Origin: Escherichia coli
Lineage (GTDB): Bacteria > Pseudomonadota > Gammaproteobacteria > Enterobacterales > Enterobacteriaceae
DNA: 64,000 nt
Assembly (NCBI RefSeq): GCF_011045215.1
Contig: NZ_CP049201.1
Strand: one strand, 5' to 3'
Position numbers and translations under genes: made by a program. Shown here piece by piece: positions 46,680-55,675 of the stretch (the stretch's first letter is position 1; every line of letters begins with the position of its first letter). The notes below the pieces were generated by a model. The model was not told where the DNA came from. It worked only from the letters and a program-made list of their open reading frames with translations, and searched no databases.

Positions 46680-48781
46680 TGCTGAATCAGGAAACCGCAA
46701 AGGCAGCACGAACCGATTCAGGTTATATCCTTCGCGCACCGAGACGAATGCGGGTTGCTGATGCCGTTGCTCAGTATATGCGGGTGCCCATGGGGGCAGG
46801 GAACTCAGTCCCGTGGGATCCGCTGGTGGCACCGTATGTTATTGAGCCGATGAACTGCCTGGCCTCGCGTGAATACGACGCAGTGATATTTGTTGGCCCG
46901 GCACGAACCGGCAAGACTATCGGCCTGATTGACGGCTGGGTGATTTACAACGTGATTTGCGATCCTGCTGATATGCTGATCATTCAGATGACGGAGGAAA
47001 AAGCCCGCGAACACTCCAAAAAACGACTCGCCAGAACGTTTCGCGTCAGCCCGGAAGTGGTCAGTCGCCTGAGTCCGAACAAAAATGACAACAACGTTTA
47101 TGACAGAACATTCCTTGCTGGTAACTACCTGAAAATCGGCTGGCCGTCAGTCAATATCATGTCCTCATCAGATTATAAATGCGTCGCGCTGACGGATTAT
47201 GACCGTTTTCCGGAAGATATTGATGGCGAGGGGGATGCTTTCTCTCTTGCCTCAAAACGTACCACCACATTTATGTCCAGCGGTATGACGCTGGTGGAGA
47301 GTTCCCCCGGCAGGGATGTGAAGGATGTGAAATGGCGACGGACTTCACCGCATGAGGCTCCACCAACCACGGGGATCCTGTCGCTCTATAACCGTGGTGA
47401 TCGCCGTCGCTGGTACTGGCCCTGTCCACACTGTGGTGAGTATTTTCAGCCCTGCGGCGATGTGGTTGCTGGTTTCCGTGATATTGCCGATCCCGTGCTG
47501 GCAAGTGAGGCGGCTTATATTCAGTGTCCTTCCTGTTCAGGACGGATTATGCCTGAACAAAAACGTGAGCTGAACGGACGTGGGGTCTGGTTGCGGGATG
47601 GTGAATCCATCAATGCGGATGGCAGTCGTTATGGTGATCCCCGACGCTCACGTATTGCGTCATTCTGGATGGAGGGTCCGGCAGCTGCTTACCAGACACT
47701 CTCGCAACTCGTTTACAAACTGCTTACTGCAGAACAGGAATACGAGACAACCGGAAGTGAAGAAACACTCAAGACGGTTATCAATACCGACTGGGGATTA
47801 CCTTATCTTCCCCGCGCCAGCATGGAGCAACGAAAAAGTGAACTGCTTGAGCAGCGGGCAGAGCCAGTTCCTTCCCGCAGTGTGCCGGATGGCGTTAATT
47901 TCCTTGTGGCGACAGTGGATGTGCAGGCGGGACGTCATCGCCGTTTTGTGGTTCAGGTAACGGGCTATGGCAGCCGTGGCGAACGCTGGATTATTGATCG
48001 TTACAACATCACGCAGTCATTGCGCGGTGACAGCGACGGGGAGAGCCAGCGAATTGATCCGGCCAGCTATCCGGAAGACTGGGATGTCCTGCTGACGGAT
48101 GTTTTTCATAAAAGCTGGCCGCTGGCCTCCGATCCTTCTCAACAAATGCGACTGATGGCAATGGCGGTGGACTCCGGCGGTGAAGACGGGGTCACTGATA
48201 ATGCCTATAAATTCTGGCGTCGTTGCCGTCGTGATGGCCTTGGTAAACGTATTTACCTGTTTAAGGGCGACAGCATCCGGCGCGCAAAACTGATCACCCG
48301 TACATTCCCTGATAACACCGGACGAACGGGCCGACGGGCGCAGGCCGCAGGTGATGTGCCGCTCTGGCTTCTTCAGACGGATGCACTGAAAGACCGGGTG
48401 AATAACGCGTTATGGCGTGACTCGCCAGGTCCCGGCTATGTGCATTTCCCTGACTGGCTGGGGAGCTGGTTTTACGACGAACTGACGTATGAAGAGCGGA
48501 GCAGTGACGGGAAATGGAGTAAGCCGGGTCGCGGTGCCAACGAAGCTTTTGACCTGATGGTGTATGCCGAGGCTCTGGTCATTCTGCATGGATACGAAAA
48601 GATCCGCTGGCCGGATGCACCGGAGTGGGCGAGCCGGGAAACCTGGCTGGAGTGTGTCCCGGACAGTACCGAACCGTCATCCTCACCGGAACCGGTATCC
48701 ACGCCTGTTAAAAAACAAAAACGGAAGAAAACAGTAACTGACGATGTTAACCCCTGGCTGACTTCCGGAGGATGGTTATGA
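46679..48781 (+). CDS. Terminase large subunit (GpA family)
   Basis: 700 aa with Walker A VGPARTGKT and a Zn-ribbon-like CPHCGEYF...CPSCSG, as in lambda gpA relatives. Confidence 0.9.
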   Translation: MLNQETAKAARTDSGYILRAPRRMRVADAVAQYMRVPMGAGNSVPWDPLVAPYVIEPMNCLASREYDAVIFVGPARTGKTIGLIDGWVIYNVICDPADMLIIQMTEEKAREHSKKRLARTFRVSPEVVSRLSPNKNDNNVYDRTFLAGNYLKIGWPSVNIMSSSDYKCVALTDYDRFPEDIDGEGDAFSLASKRTTTFMSSGMTLVESSPGRDVKDVKWRRTSPHEAPPTTGILSLYNRGDRRRWYWPCPHCGEYFQPCGDVVAGFRDIADPVLASEAAYIQCPSCSGRIMPEQKRELNGRGVWLRDGESINADGSRYGDPRRSRIASFWMEGPAAAYQTLSQLVYKLLTAEQEYETTGSEETLKTVINTDWGLPYLPRASMEQRKSELLEQRAEPVPSRSVPDGVNFLVATVDVQAGRHRRFVVQVTGYGSRGERWIIDRYNITQSLRGDSDGESQRIDPASYPEDWDVLLTDVFHKSWPLASDPSQQMRLMAMAVDSGGEDGVTDNAYKFWRRCRRDGLGKRIYLFKGDSIRRAKLITRTFPDNTGRTGRRAQAAGDVPLWLLQTDALKDRVNNALWRDSPGPGYVHFPDWLGSWFYDELTYEERSSDGKWSKPGRGANEAFDLMVYAEALVILHGYEKIRWPDAPEWASRETWLECVPDSTEPSSSPEPVSTPVKKQKRKKTVTDDVNPWLTSGGWL

Positions 48782-48990
48782 ACCAGAATGATATCGAAGC
48801 CATGATTCAGCGTTATACGGAAGCTGAAATGGCGGTGCTGGACGGAAAATCCGTCACCTTTAATGGTCAGCAGATGACCATGGAAAACTTATCTGAGATC
48901 CGGCAGGGACGGCAGGAGTGGGAGCGCCGCCTTGCGGCTCTGATTACACGACGACGGGGGCATCCCGGGTATCGGCTGGCGAGGTTCTGA
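48772..48990 (+). CDS. Head-tail joining protein gpW-like
   Basis: About 70 aa, located between the terminase and the portal. The alternative ATG 48778 overlaps the terminase stop. Confidence 0.7.
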   Translation: MVMNQNDIEAMIQRYTEAEMAVLDGKSVTFNGQQMTMENLSEIRQGRQEWERRLAALITRRRGHPGYRLARF

Positions 48991-50498
48991 TGGCAATTCT
49001 TGATGATGTGATTGGCGTTTTTTCACCAGGATGGAAAGCGGCAAGGCTGCGTTCCCGTGCGGTGATCCAGGCTTATGAGGCCGTAAAAACGACGCGGACA
49101 CACAAAGCCCGACGGGAGAACCGAACTGCCGACCAGTTAAGCCAGTACGGGGCCGTGTCGTTACGTGAGCAGGCCCGTTACCTTGATAACAACCACGATC
49201 TGGTTATTGGTGTATTTGACAAGCTGGAAGAACGGGTGGTGGGGAAAAACGGGATTATTGTCGAGCCACATCCGGTATTACGCAATGGGGCCATTGCCCG
49301 TGACCTGGCTGCGGAGATTCGCACCCGATGGAGTGAATGGTCTGTCAGCCCGGAAGTCACCGGGCAGTTTACCCGTCCGATGCTGGAACGTCTGATGCTT
49401 CGTACCTGGCTGCGCGATGGTGAGGTGTTTGCCCAGATGGTTTCCGGGCGCATAAACAGCCTGACGCCTTCTGCCGGTGTTCATTTCTGGCTGGAGGCGC
49501 TCGAGCCGGACTTTATTCCCATGACCAGTGATGAGAGCAACAGGCTGAATCAGGGCGTGTTTGTTGATGACTGGGGGCGTCCCGAAAAATATCTGGTGTA
49601 TAAAAGCCGTCCCGTATCCGGACGGCAGATGGAAACCAAAGAAGTGGATGCAGAGCGAATGCTGCATCTTAAATTTGTTCGCCGTCTGCACCAGATGCGC
49701 GGGACGTCTTTATTGTCCGGTGTGCTGATCCGCCTCAGTGCCCTGAAAGAGTATGAAGATTCTGAGCTGACTGCAGCAAGGATCGCCGCCGCTCTGGGGA
49801 TGTACATCCGGAAAGGCGACGGGCAGAGCTATGAAGCGGATGGTAATGGCAGCAAGGATAAGGAACGCGAGCTTACCATTCAGCCAGGCATTATTTACGA
49901 TGATCTGAAACCCGGCGAAGAAATCGGAATGGTGAAGTCGGATCGCCCAAATCCTAACCTTGAAACTTTTCGTAATGGTCAGTTGCGTGCCGTGGCGGCG
50001 GGCAGTCGTCTGAGTTTTTCCAGTACAGCGCGCAACTATAACGGCACTTACAGCGCCCAGCGTCAGGAGCTGGTTGAATCCACTGATGGCTACCTGATCC
50101 TGCAGGACTGGTTTATTGGTGCCGTCACCCGTCCGATGTATCGTGCCTGGCTGAAACAGGCTGTGGCATCCGGTGTTATCAGGCTACCCCGCGATCTTGA
50201 CCTTTCTTCACTGTATACCGCGGTGTATTCCGGACCGGTGATGCCGTGGATTGACCCTGTTAAGGAGGCTGAGGCCTGGAAAATCCAGATTCGTGGTGGA
50301 GCGGCGACAGAATCAGACTGGGTACGTGCTGGTGGTCGTAATCCGGATGATGTCAAACGTCGGCGCAAGGCCGAAATTGATGAAAACCGCAAGCTGGATC
50401 TGGTATTTGATACCGATCCGGCCAGTGATAAAGGAGGCAGCAGTGCCGCAACGAAACGACAGGAGCCGCAGCACACCGACGACCAGTCCGAAGAATAA
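48990..50498 (+). CDS. Portal protein (lambda gpB family)
   Basis: MAILDDVIGVFSPGWKAARLRSRAVIQAYEAVK..., 502 aa. The ATG overlaps the W stop (TGATG). Confidence 0.9.
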   Translation: MAILDDVIGVFSPGWKAARLRSRAVIQAYEAVKTTRTHKARRENRTADQLSQYGAVSLREQARYLDNNHDLVIGVFDKLEERVVGKNGIIVEPHPVLRNGAIARDLAAEIRTRWSEWSVSPEVTGQFTRPMLERLMLRTWLRDGEVFAQMVSGRINSLTPSAGVHFWLEALEPDFIPMTSDESNRLNQGVFVDDWGRPEKYLVYKSRPVSGRQMETKEVDAERMLHLKFVRRLHQMRGTSLLSGVLIRLSALKEYEDSELTAARIAAALGMYIRKGDGQSYEADGNGSKDKERELTIQPGIIYDDLKPGEEIGMVKSDRPNPNLETFRNGQLRAVAAGSRLSFSSTARNYNGTYSAQRQELVESTDGYLILQDWFIGAVTRPMYRAWLKQAVASGVIRLPRDLDLSSLYTAVYSGPVMPWIDPVKEAEAWKIQIRGGAATESDWVRAGGRNPDDVKRRRKAEIDENRKLDLVFDTDPASDKGGSSAATKRQEPQHTDDQSEE

Positions 50499-52470
50499 TT
50501 CCTGGTTCAGGATGCAGGCTGGTCACCAGAGTGACGCGGATATTTATATTTATGACGAGATTGGTTTCTGGGGTGTTACAGCGAAGCAGTTTATCAGTGA
50601 TCTGAATGCACTGGGCGATATCACCCATATTAATCTCCATATTAATTCACCGGGTGGCGATGTCTTTGAAGGCATCGCCATTTTTAATGCACTGAAAACA
50701 CATGGTGCGTCCATTACCGTTTATGTCGACGGTGTGGCGGCGTCAATGGCGTCGGTCATTGCGATGGTGGGAAACCCGGTCATTATGCCGGAAAACACCT
50801 TCATGATGATTCATAAACCATTTGGCTTTACGGGCGGTGATGCGGAGGACATGCGCACCTATGCCGACCTGCTCGATAAAGTTGAGGCGGTTCTGTTACC
50901 CGCTTATGCACAGAAAACCGGGAAAACCACCGATGAAATTGCTGCCATGCTGGCGGATGAGACCTGGATGTCCGGTGCCGAATGTCTGGCACATGGATTT
51001 GCTGATCAGGTAACGCCAGCCGTTAAGGCAATGGCATGTATTCAGTCAAAACGTACAGAGGAATTTAAAAAGATGCCGGAATCCATTCGAAACATGATTA
51101 CTCCGCCACGCAACAGTGCTCCACGCGTACAGGATAATGAACCTGAAGCCTCCCGGACGCCAGTGCAGGCAGCAGCACCCGTGGTGGATGAAAACAGCAT
51201 CCGTGCGCAGGTACTGGCAGAGCAAAAAGCGCGTGTAAACGGTATTAATGATCTGTTTGCCATGTTTGGCGGGCGTTATCAGACGCTGCAGGCTCAGTGT
51301 CTTGCCGATCCTGAATGTTCGCTGGAGCAGGCCCGCGAAAAGCTGTTGAACGAGATGGGGCGCGAGTCCACGCCATCCAATAAAAATACCCCGGCTCATA
51401 TTTATGCCGGTAACGGTAATTTTGTGGGGGACGGGATCCGCCAGGCGCTGATGGCGCGTGCCGGATTTGAAAAAACCGAACGTGATAATGTCTACAACGG
51501 GATGACCCTGCGTGAATATGCCCGTATGTCACTGACTGAACGGGGTATTGGGGTTTCCAGTTATAACCCGATGCAGATGGTCGGTGCGGCGTTCACACAC
51601 AGTACGTCTGACTTCGGTAATATTCTGCTGGATGTTGCGAACAAAGCCATTCTGCAGGGCTGGGAAGATGCCCCTGAAACCTATGAACAGTGGACGCGGA
51701 AAGGTCAGTTGTCTGATTTTAAAATTGCCCATCGTGTGGGTATGGGGGGCTTCAGTGCTCTGCGTCAGGTGCGTGAAGGGGCGGAATATAAATACGTCAC
51801 CACCGGAGATAAACAGGCCACTATTGCACTGGCGACCTATGGCGAGCTGTTCAGTATCACCCGTCAGGCCATTATCAATGATGATCTGAATATGCTGACC
51901 GATGTCCCGATGAAACTGGGCCGTGCGGCGAAATCCACTATTGCCGATCTGGTTTATGCCATTCTGACGTCTAACCCGAAAATCTCCACAGATAATGTAA
52001 GTCTGTTCGATAAAGCGAAACATGCAAACGTACTGGAGAGCGCTGCAATGGACGTGGCATCGCTGGATAAAGCCCGCCAGTTGATGCGCGTTCAGAAAGA
52101 GGGGGAGCGTCATCTGAATATTCGTCCTGCGTTCGTACTGGTACCGACGGCGATGGAGTCTGTTGCTAACCAGGTCATTCGCTCCTCAAGTGTCAAGGGG
52201 GCTGACATTAACGCCGGTATTATTAACCCGGTGAAAGATTTTGCGACCGTTATTGCAGAGCCTCGTCTTGATGATAACAGCCAGACCACCTTCTACCTGG
52301 CTGCGTCAAAAGGCTCCGATACGATTGAAGTGGCTTATCTCAACGGTGTGGATACGCCATATATTGATCAGATGGAGGGCTTCAGTGTGGATGGCGTGAC
52401 AACGAAAGTGCGTATTGACGCCGGTGTCGCGCCAGTTGATCACCGCGGTCTGGTGAAATGTACGGCGTAA
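50443..52470 (+). CDS. Fusion of S49/ClpP-like prohead protease and major capsid protein
   Basis: GTG 50443 has an AAGGAGG SD (alternative ATG at 50512). The N-terminal half has INSPGGDV and GVAASMASVIAM protease motifs. The C-terminal ~330 aa resemble Mu gpT-type major head proteins. It is a single uninterrupted frame. Confidence 0.8.
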   Translation: MPQRNDRSRSTPTTSPKNNSWFRMQAGHQSDADIYIYDEIGFWGVTAKQFISDLNALGDITHINLHINSPGGDVFEGIAIFNALKTHGASITVYVDGVAASMASVIAMVGNPVIMPENTFMMIHKPFGFTGGDAEDMRTYADLLDKVEAVLLPAYAQKTGKTTDEIAAMLADETWMSGAECLAHGFADQVTPAVKAMACIQSKRTEEFKKMPESIRNMITPPRNSAPRVQDNEPEASRTPVQAAAPVVDENSIRAQVLAEQKARVNGINDLFAMFGGRYQTLQAQCLADPECSLEQAREKLLNEMGRESTPSNKNTPAHIYAGNGNFVGDGIRQALMARAGFEKTERDNVYNGMTLREYARMSLTERGIGVSSYNPMQMVGAAFTHSTSDFGNILLDVANKAILQGWEDAPETYEQWTRKGQLSDFKIAHRVGMGGFSALRQVREGAEYKYVTTGDKQATIALATYGELFSITRQAIINDDLNMLTDVPMKLGRAAKSTIADLVYAILTSNPKISTDNVSLFDKAKHANVLESAAMDVASLDKARQLMRVQKEGERHLNIRPAFVLVPTAMESVANQVIRSSSVKGADINAGIINPVKDFATVIAEPRLDDNSQTTFYLAASKGSDTIEVAYLNGVDTPYIDQMEGFSVDGVTTKVRIDAGVAPVDHRGLVKCTA

Positions 52471-52493
52471 ACGTCGCAGACAACAACTCTGAT

Positions 52494-52513
52494 GGCCCGT
52501 AAGGGCTTTTTTT
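52494..52513 (+). terminator. Weak terminator after the capsid gene
   Basis: gccc-gtaa-gggc plus seven T residues. A second hairpin cagcccc/ggggctg follows at 52525-52543. Confidence 0.45.
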
Positions 52514-52556
52514 GTACCTGAAATCAGCCCCTGAACGGGGCTGTGCGGAGACAGTT

Positions 52557-52880
52557 ATGGCAAAGAATTTTGTAGAAGAAGGAAAAACGGTGGCGATTGT
52601 TGCCAGTGCAGCCATCAGCAGCGGAGATCTGGTGCAGGTGGGTGATGTTTTTGCGGTGGCGCTGACCGATATTCCACAGGGTGAAACAGGCGACGGCATG
52701 ACCGAAGGTGTGTTTATCCTGCCTAAACTGAAAACGGATGACATGAAAACGGGTAAGAAGGTTTATCTGAAGTCCGGAAAAGTTCAGCTGACTAACAGCG
52801 GCTCTGATCCGCTGGTCGGGGTTGTCTGGGCAGATGCCGGAACCAGTGCAGAAGAAGTGCCGGTAAAACTCAATGTCTGA
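52557..52880 (+). CDS. DUF2190-type head decoration/cement-like protein
   Basis: MAKNFVEEGKTVAIVASAAISSGDLVQVGD..., 107 aa. Good SD, and in the position of lambda D. Confidence 0.65.
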   Translation: MAKNFVEEGKTVAIVASAAISSGDLVQVGDVFAVALTDIPQGETGDGMTEGVFILPKLKTDDMKTGKKVYLKSGKVQLTNSGSDPLVGVVWADAGTSAEEVPVKLNV

Positions 52881-53148
52881 TCCCTTTTCCCGGCTGGCAG
52901 CGCGTATGGATGCGATCACGGTCAGAAAGATGGGAAAGACAGCCTCGATTAATGATGTCGATATGACTGTGATCCCGGGAGAAACACTGGCAGAGCTGAA
53001 TGCTCTGTCCGGACCTGCGGTCTCTCTGGTGGTGTTTTCTTCGGGATACCGCCCACGGCGCGGGGATCGCGTTGTTTATGACGGACAACATTGGACGGTC
53101 ACACGGCATGAACGCTTTAACGGTAAGCCAATGATCTTTATTGAGTAA
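52873..53148 (+). CDS. Head completion / head-tail adaptor protein
   Basis: 91 aa. The call rests on position between the decoration and gpZ-like genes. Confidence 0.55.
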   Translation: MSDPFSRLAARMDAITVRKMGKTASINDVDMTVIPGETLAELNALSGPAVSLVVFSSGYRPRRGDRVVYDGQHWTVTRHERFNGKPMIFIE

Positions 53149-53159
53149 AGAGGTGTGGG

Positions 53160-53738
53160 ATGAAGGGGCTTGAGAATGCCATCCGCAATCTGAACAGCCT
53201 TGATACCCGTATGGTGCCACAGGCCAGCGCATGGGCGATAAACCGTGTGGCACAGAAAGCGGTCTCGGTTGCCACCCGGCAGGTTGCCGGGAATACCGTT
53301 GCGGGAGATAACCAGGTGAAAGGGATACCCCTGAAACTGGTACGTCAGCGTGTCCGGGTGTTTAAAGCCAGTCCGTCAGGAAAAATGACGGCCAGGATCC
53401 GCGTTAACCGGGGCAATCTGCCTGCCATTAAGCTGGGGACCGCCCGGGTCAGACTGACCCGACGTGGTGGAAAACTGCAGTACCGTGGCAGCGTGCTGAA
53501 GGTGGGTAAATATCTTTTCCGGGATGCGTTTATTCAGCAACTGGCGAATGGTCGCTGGCATGTGATGCGGCGTATTGATGGCAAAAATCGTTACCCCATT
53601 GATGTGGTGAAAATCCCTCTGTCCGGACCGCTGACACAGGCATTTGAAGATGCCCGCGACCGCATCATTGCTGCGGAAATGCCGAAACAGCTGGGGTATG
53701 CACTGAAACAACAACTGAGGTTATGGCTGACCCGATGA
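53160..53738 (+). CDS. Z: Minor tail protein Z
   Basis: 192 aa starting MKGLENAIRNLNSLDTRMVPQASAWAINRVAQKA, lambda gpZ-like. Confidence 0.75.
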   Translation: MKGLENAIRNLNSLDTRMVPQASAWAINRVAQKAVSVATRQVAGNTVAGDNQVKGIPLKLVRQRVRVFKASPSGKMTARIRVNRGNLPAIKLGTARVRLTRRGGKLQYRGSVLKVGKYLFRDAFIQQLANGRWHVMRRIDGKNRYPIDVVKIPLSGPLTQAFEDARDRIIAAEMPKQLGYALKQQLRLWLTR

Positions 53739-54136
53739 ACCGACATACACAAATCCGCCAGGTCGTACTGGCACGCCTTCGGGAACAGTGTGGAGACAGC
53801 GCCACGTTTTTTGACGGGCTTCCGGCATTTGTTGATGCGCAGGAACTGCCTGCCGTGGCGGTGTGGCTGAGTGATGCTCAGTACACCGGAAAAATGACGG
53901 ATGACGATGACTGGCAGGCTGTTCTGCATATTGCTGTCTTCATCCGGGCACAGGCACCGGATTCAGAGCTGGATATGTGGATGGAGAGCACCATTTTCCC
54001 GGCCCTGAATGATGTACCGGCACTTTCCGGACTCATCGACACCCTGATCCCACTCGGTTTTAACTATCAACGTGATAATGAGATGGCCACCTGGGCGATG
54101 GCGGAAATCACGTACCAGATCACGTACACGAATTAA
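53723..54136 (+). CDS. U: Tail terminator protein U
   Basis: 137 aa (a possible internal start at MNRHTQIR). Lambda gpU-like in order and size. Confidence 0.75.
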   Translation: MADPMNRHTQIRQVVLARLREQCGDSATFFDGLPAFVDAQELPAVAVWLSDAQYTGKMTDDDDWQAVLHIAVFIRAQAPDSELDMWMESTIFPALNDVPALSGLIDTLIPLGFNYQRDNEMATWAMAEITYQITYTN

Positions 54137-54146
54137 GGAGGTGGCA

Positions 54147-54890
54147 ATGACCACACCAAATCCACTGGCAAAAACGAAAGGTGCGGGAACGACGTTCTGG
54201 ATGTACACCGGCAAGGGCGATGCGTTTGCGAACCCTTTATCGGACACTGACTGGCTGCGTCTTGCGATGGTGAAGGATCTGCAGCCTGGCGAAATGACCG
54301 CTGATGCAGAAGATGACACTTATCTCGATGATGAAGATGCAGACTGGAAAACGACAACCCAGGGGCAGAAATCCGTCGGTGATACTTCGGCGACGCTGGC
54401 CTGGCGTCCGGGTGACAGCGGGCAGAAAAAACTGGTTCAGTTGTTCGACGCCGGTGAAGTCTGCGCGTTTCGTATCAAATATCCCAACGGTACTGTTGAT
54501 GTTTTCCGTGGCTGGCTGAGTTCACTGGGTAAAACCATTGCCTCAAAAGACGTGATGACCCGCACAGTGAAAATCAGCGGTGTGGGGCGTCCGTATCTGG
54601 CAGAAGAAGGTACTGAAACCGTGGGCGTTACCGGGCTGACGGTGGCACCGGCATCTGCCAGTGTAAAAGTGGGAGCAACCACCACGCTGACCTTTACAGT
54701 AAAACCTGACGGAGCCAGTGACAAAGCGATCAGTGTGCATTCGACAGATCCACAGACTGCCACGGTGACCCTGAACGGGCTTGTGGCCACGGTGAAAGGC
54801 GTGAAGCAGGGCAGTGTCAGCATTGTGGGCATGACTTCTGACGGCGATTTTGTGGCAGTGGCTGCGGTGGCTGTCAGCGCAGCAGGTTAA
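54147..54890 (+). CDS. V: Major tail tube protein V with C-terminal Ig-like (Big_2) domain
   Basis: MTTPNPLAKTKGAGTTFWMYTGKGDAF... with a C-terminal VTGLTVAPASASVKVGATTTLTFTVKP. AAGGAGG SD. Confidence 0.85.
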   Translation: MTTPNPLAKTKGAGTTFWMYTGKGDAFANPLSDTDWLRLAMVKDLQPGEMTADAEDDTYLDDEDADWKTTTQGQKSVGDTSATLAWRPGDSGQKKLVQLFDAGEVCAFRIKYPNGTVDVFRGWLSSLGKTIASKDVMTRTVKISGVGRPYLAEEGTETVGVTGLTVAPASASVKVGATTTLTFTVKPDGASDKAISVHSTDPQTATVTLNGLVATVKGVKQGSVSIVGMTSDGDFVAVAAVAVSAAG

Positions 54891-54910
54891 CAGGACGATA
54901 CTCATCATTT

Positions 54911-54934
54911 GCCCCGGTTATCCGGGGCTTTTTT
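54911..54934 (+). terminator. Terminator/attenuator after V
   Basis: gccccgg-ttat-ccggggc followed by tttttt. Confidence 0.7.
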
Positions 54935-54947
54935 GCAGGTGGAGAAC

Positions 54948-55337
54948 ATGATGTTTCTGAAACAGGGCACGTTTAATTATGAAAAGCAGTCCGTGGTGCT
55001 CAGTGAGCTGTCCGGGCTGCAGAGAATTGAATATCTGGCGTTTGTTCAGCAGCGAACGGCAAAGTTTGATGCCGAAGAGGGAGAACTGCCGGAGGCTGAA
55101 CGACAGATTGCTTTTCTGCGGATGGGGATGGATATCAATGCCTGGCTGGTTTCCCGCTCACTGTGGAATGCGGATCAGTCTAAGGATGTTGAGACGCTTT
55201 GCGCATCCGTTATTACAACATGGTCGTATGATGCCCTGGGAGCGGGGGCGGAGATGGTTCTGTCGCTGAGCGGTATGGGAGCCATTGAGAATGCCGGGGA
55301 TTTGGAGCATGAGGTGCTGACGCCGGAAAAGTCCTGA
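54948..55337 (+). CDS. G: Tail assembly chaperone G
   Basis: MMFLKQGTFNYEKQSVVLSELSGLQRIEYLAF, lambda gpG-like, 129 aa. Confidence 0.8.
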   Translation: MMFLKQGTFNYEKQSVVLSELSGLQRIEYLAFVQQRTAKFDAEEGELPEAERQIAFLRMGMDINAWLVSRSLWNADQSKDVETLCASVITTWSYDALGAGAEMVLSLSGMGAIENAGDLEHEVLTPEKS

Positions 55338-55675
55338 CGCGGGAAATGCAGTTTGTCATGCGGCTTGCCCGGGAGTTCCGGCGGGCAGACTGGCGGCGGA
55401 TGCTGTCGGAAATGTCGGCCACTGAGCTTGGTGAGTGGGGCGATTATTTCCGGATGCAGAGCTTCAGTGATGTGTGGATGGATGCGCAGTTTGCCTCGCT
55501 GAAGGCATTGATCGTGAGAATGGTGTCCGGTAGCAGTGATGCTGCGGTGGCTGATTTCAGCCTTTTACCGGAAGAGAACGGGATACCGGAGCGAACGGAC
55601 GAAGAACTGATGCATCTTGGGGAAGGTATTTCCGGAGGTGTGCGTTATGGACCAGATAGCCAACCTGGTCATTGA
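55325..55675 (+). CDS. T: T segment of the G-T tail chaperone, reached by programmed -1 frameshift from G
   Basis: The T frame is -1 relative to G and is open only from 55313. GGAAAAG at 55325-55331 is the only slippery-looking site. Downstream it reads GKVLTREMQFVMRLAREFRRADWRRML (gpT-like). Confidence 0.7.
   Translation, partial: GKVLTREMQFVMRLAREFRRADWRRMLSEMSATELGEWGDYFRMQSFSDVWMDAQFASLKALIVRMVSGSSDAAVADFSLLPEENGIPERTDEELMHLGEGISGGVRYGPDSQPGH

Noticed and set aside
51042-52113. 73-194-aa minus-strand ORFs inside the protease-capsid gene
   Set aside because: They are antisense to a well-supported structural gene, with no SD and low-complexity products.
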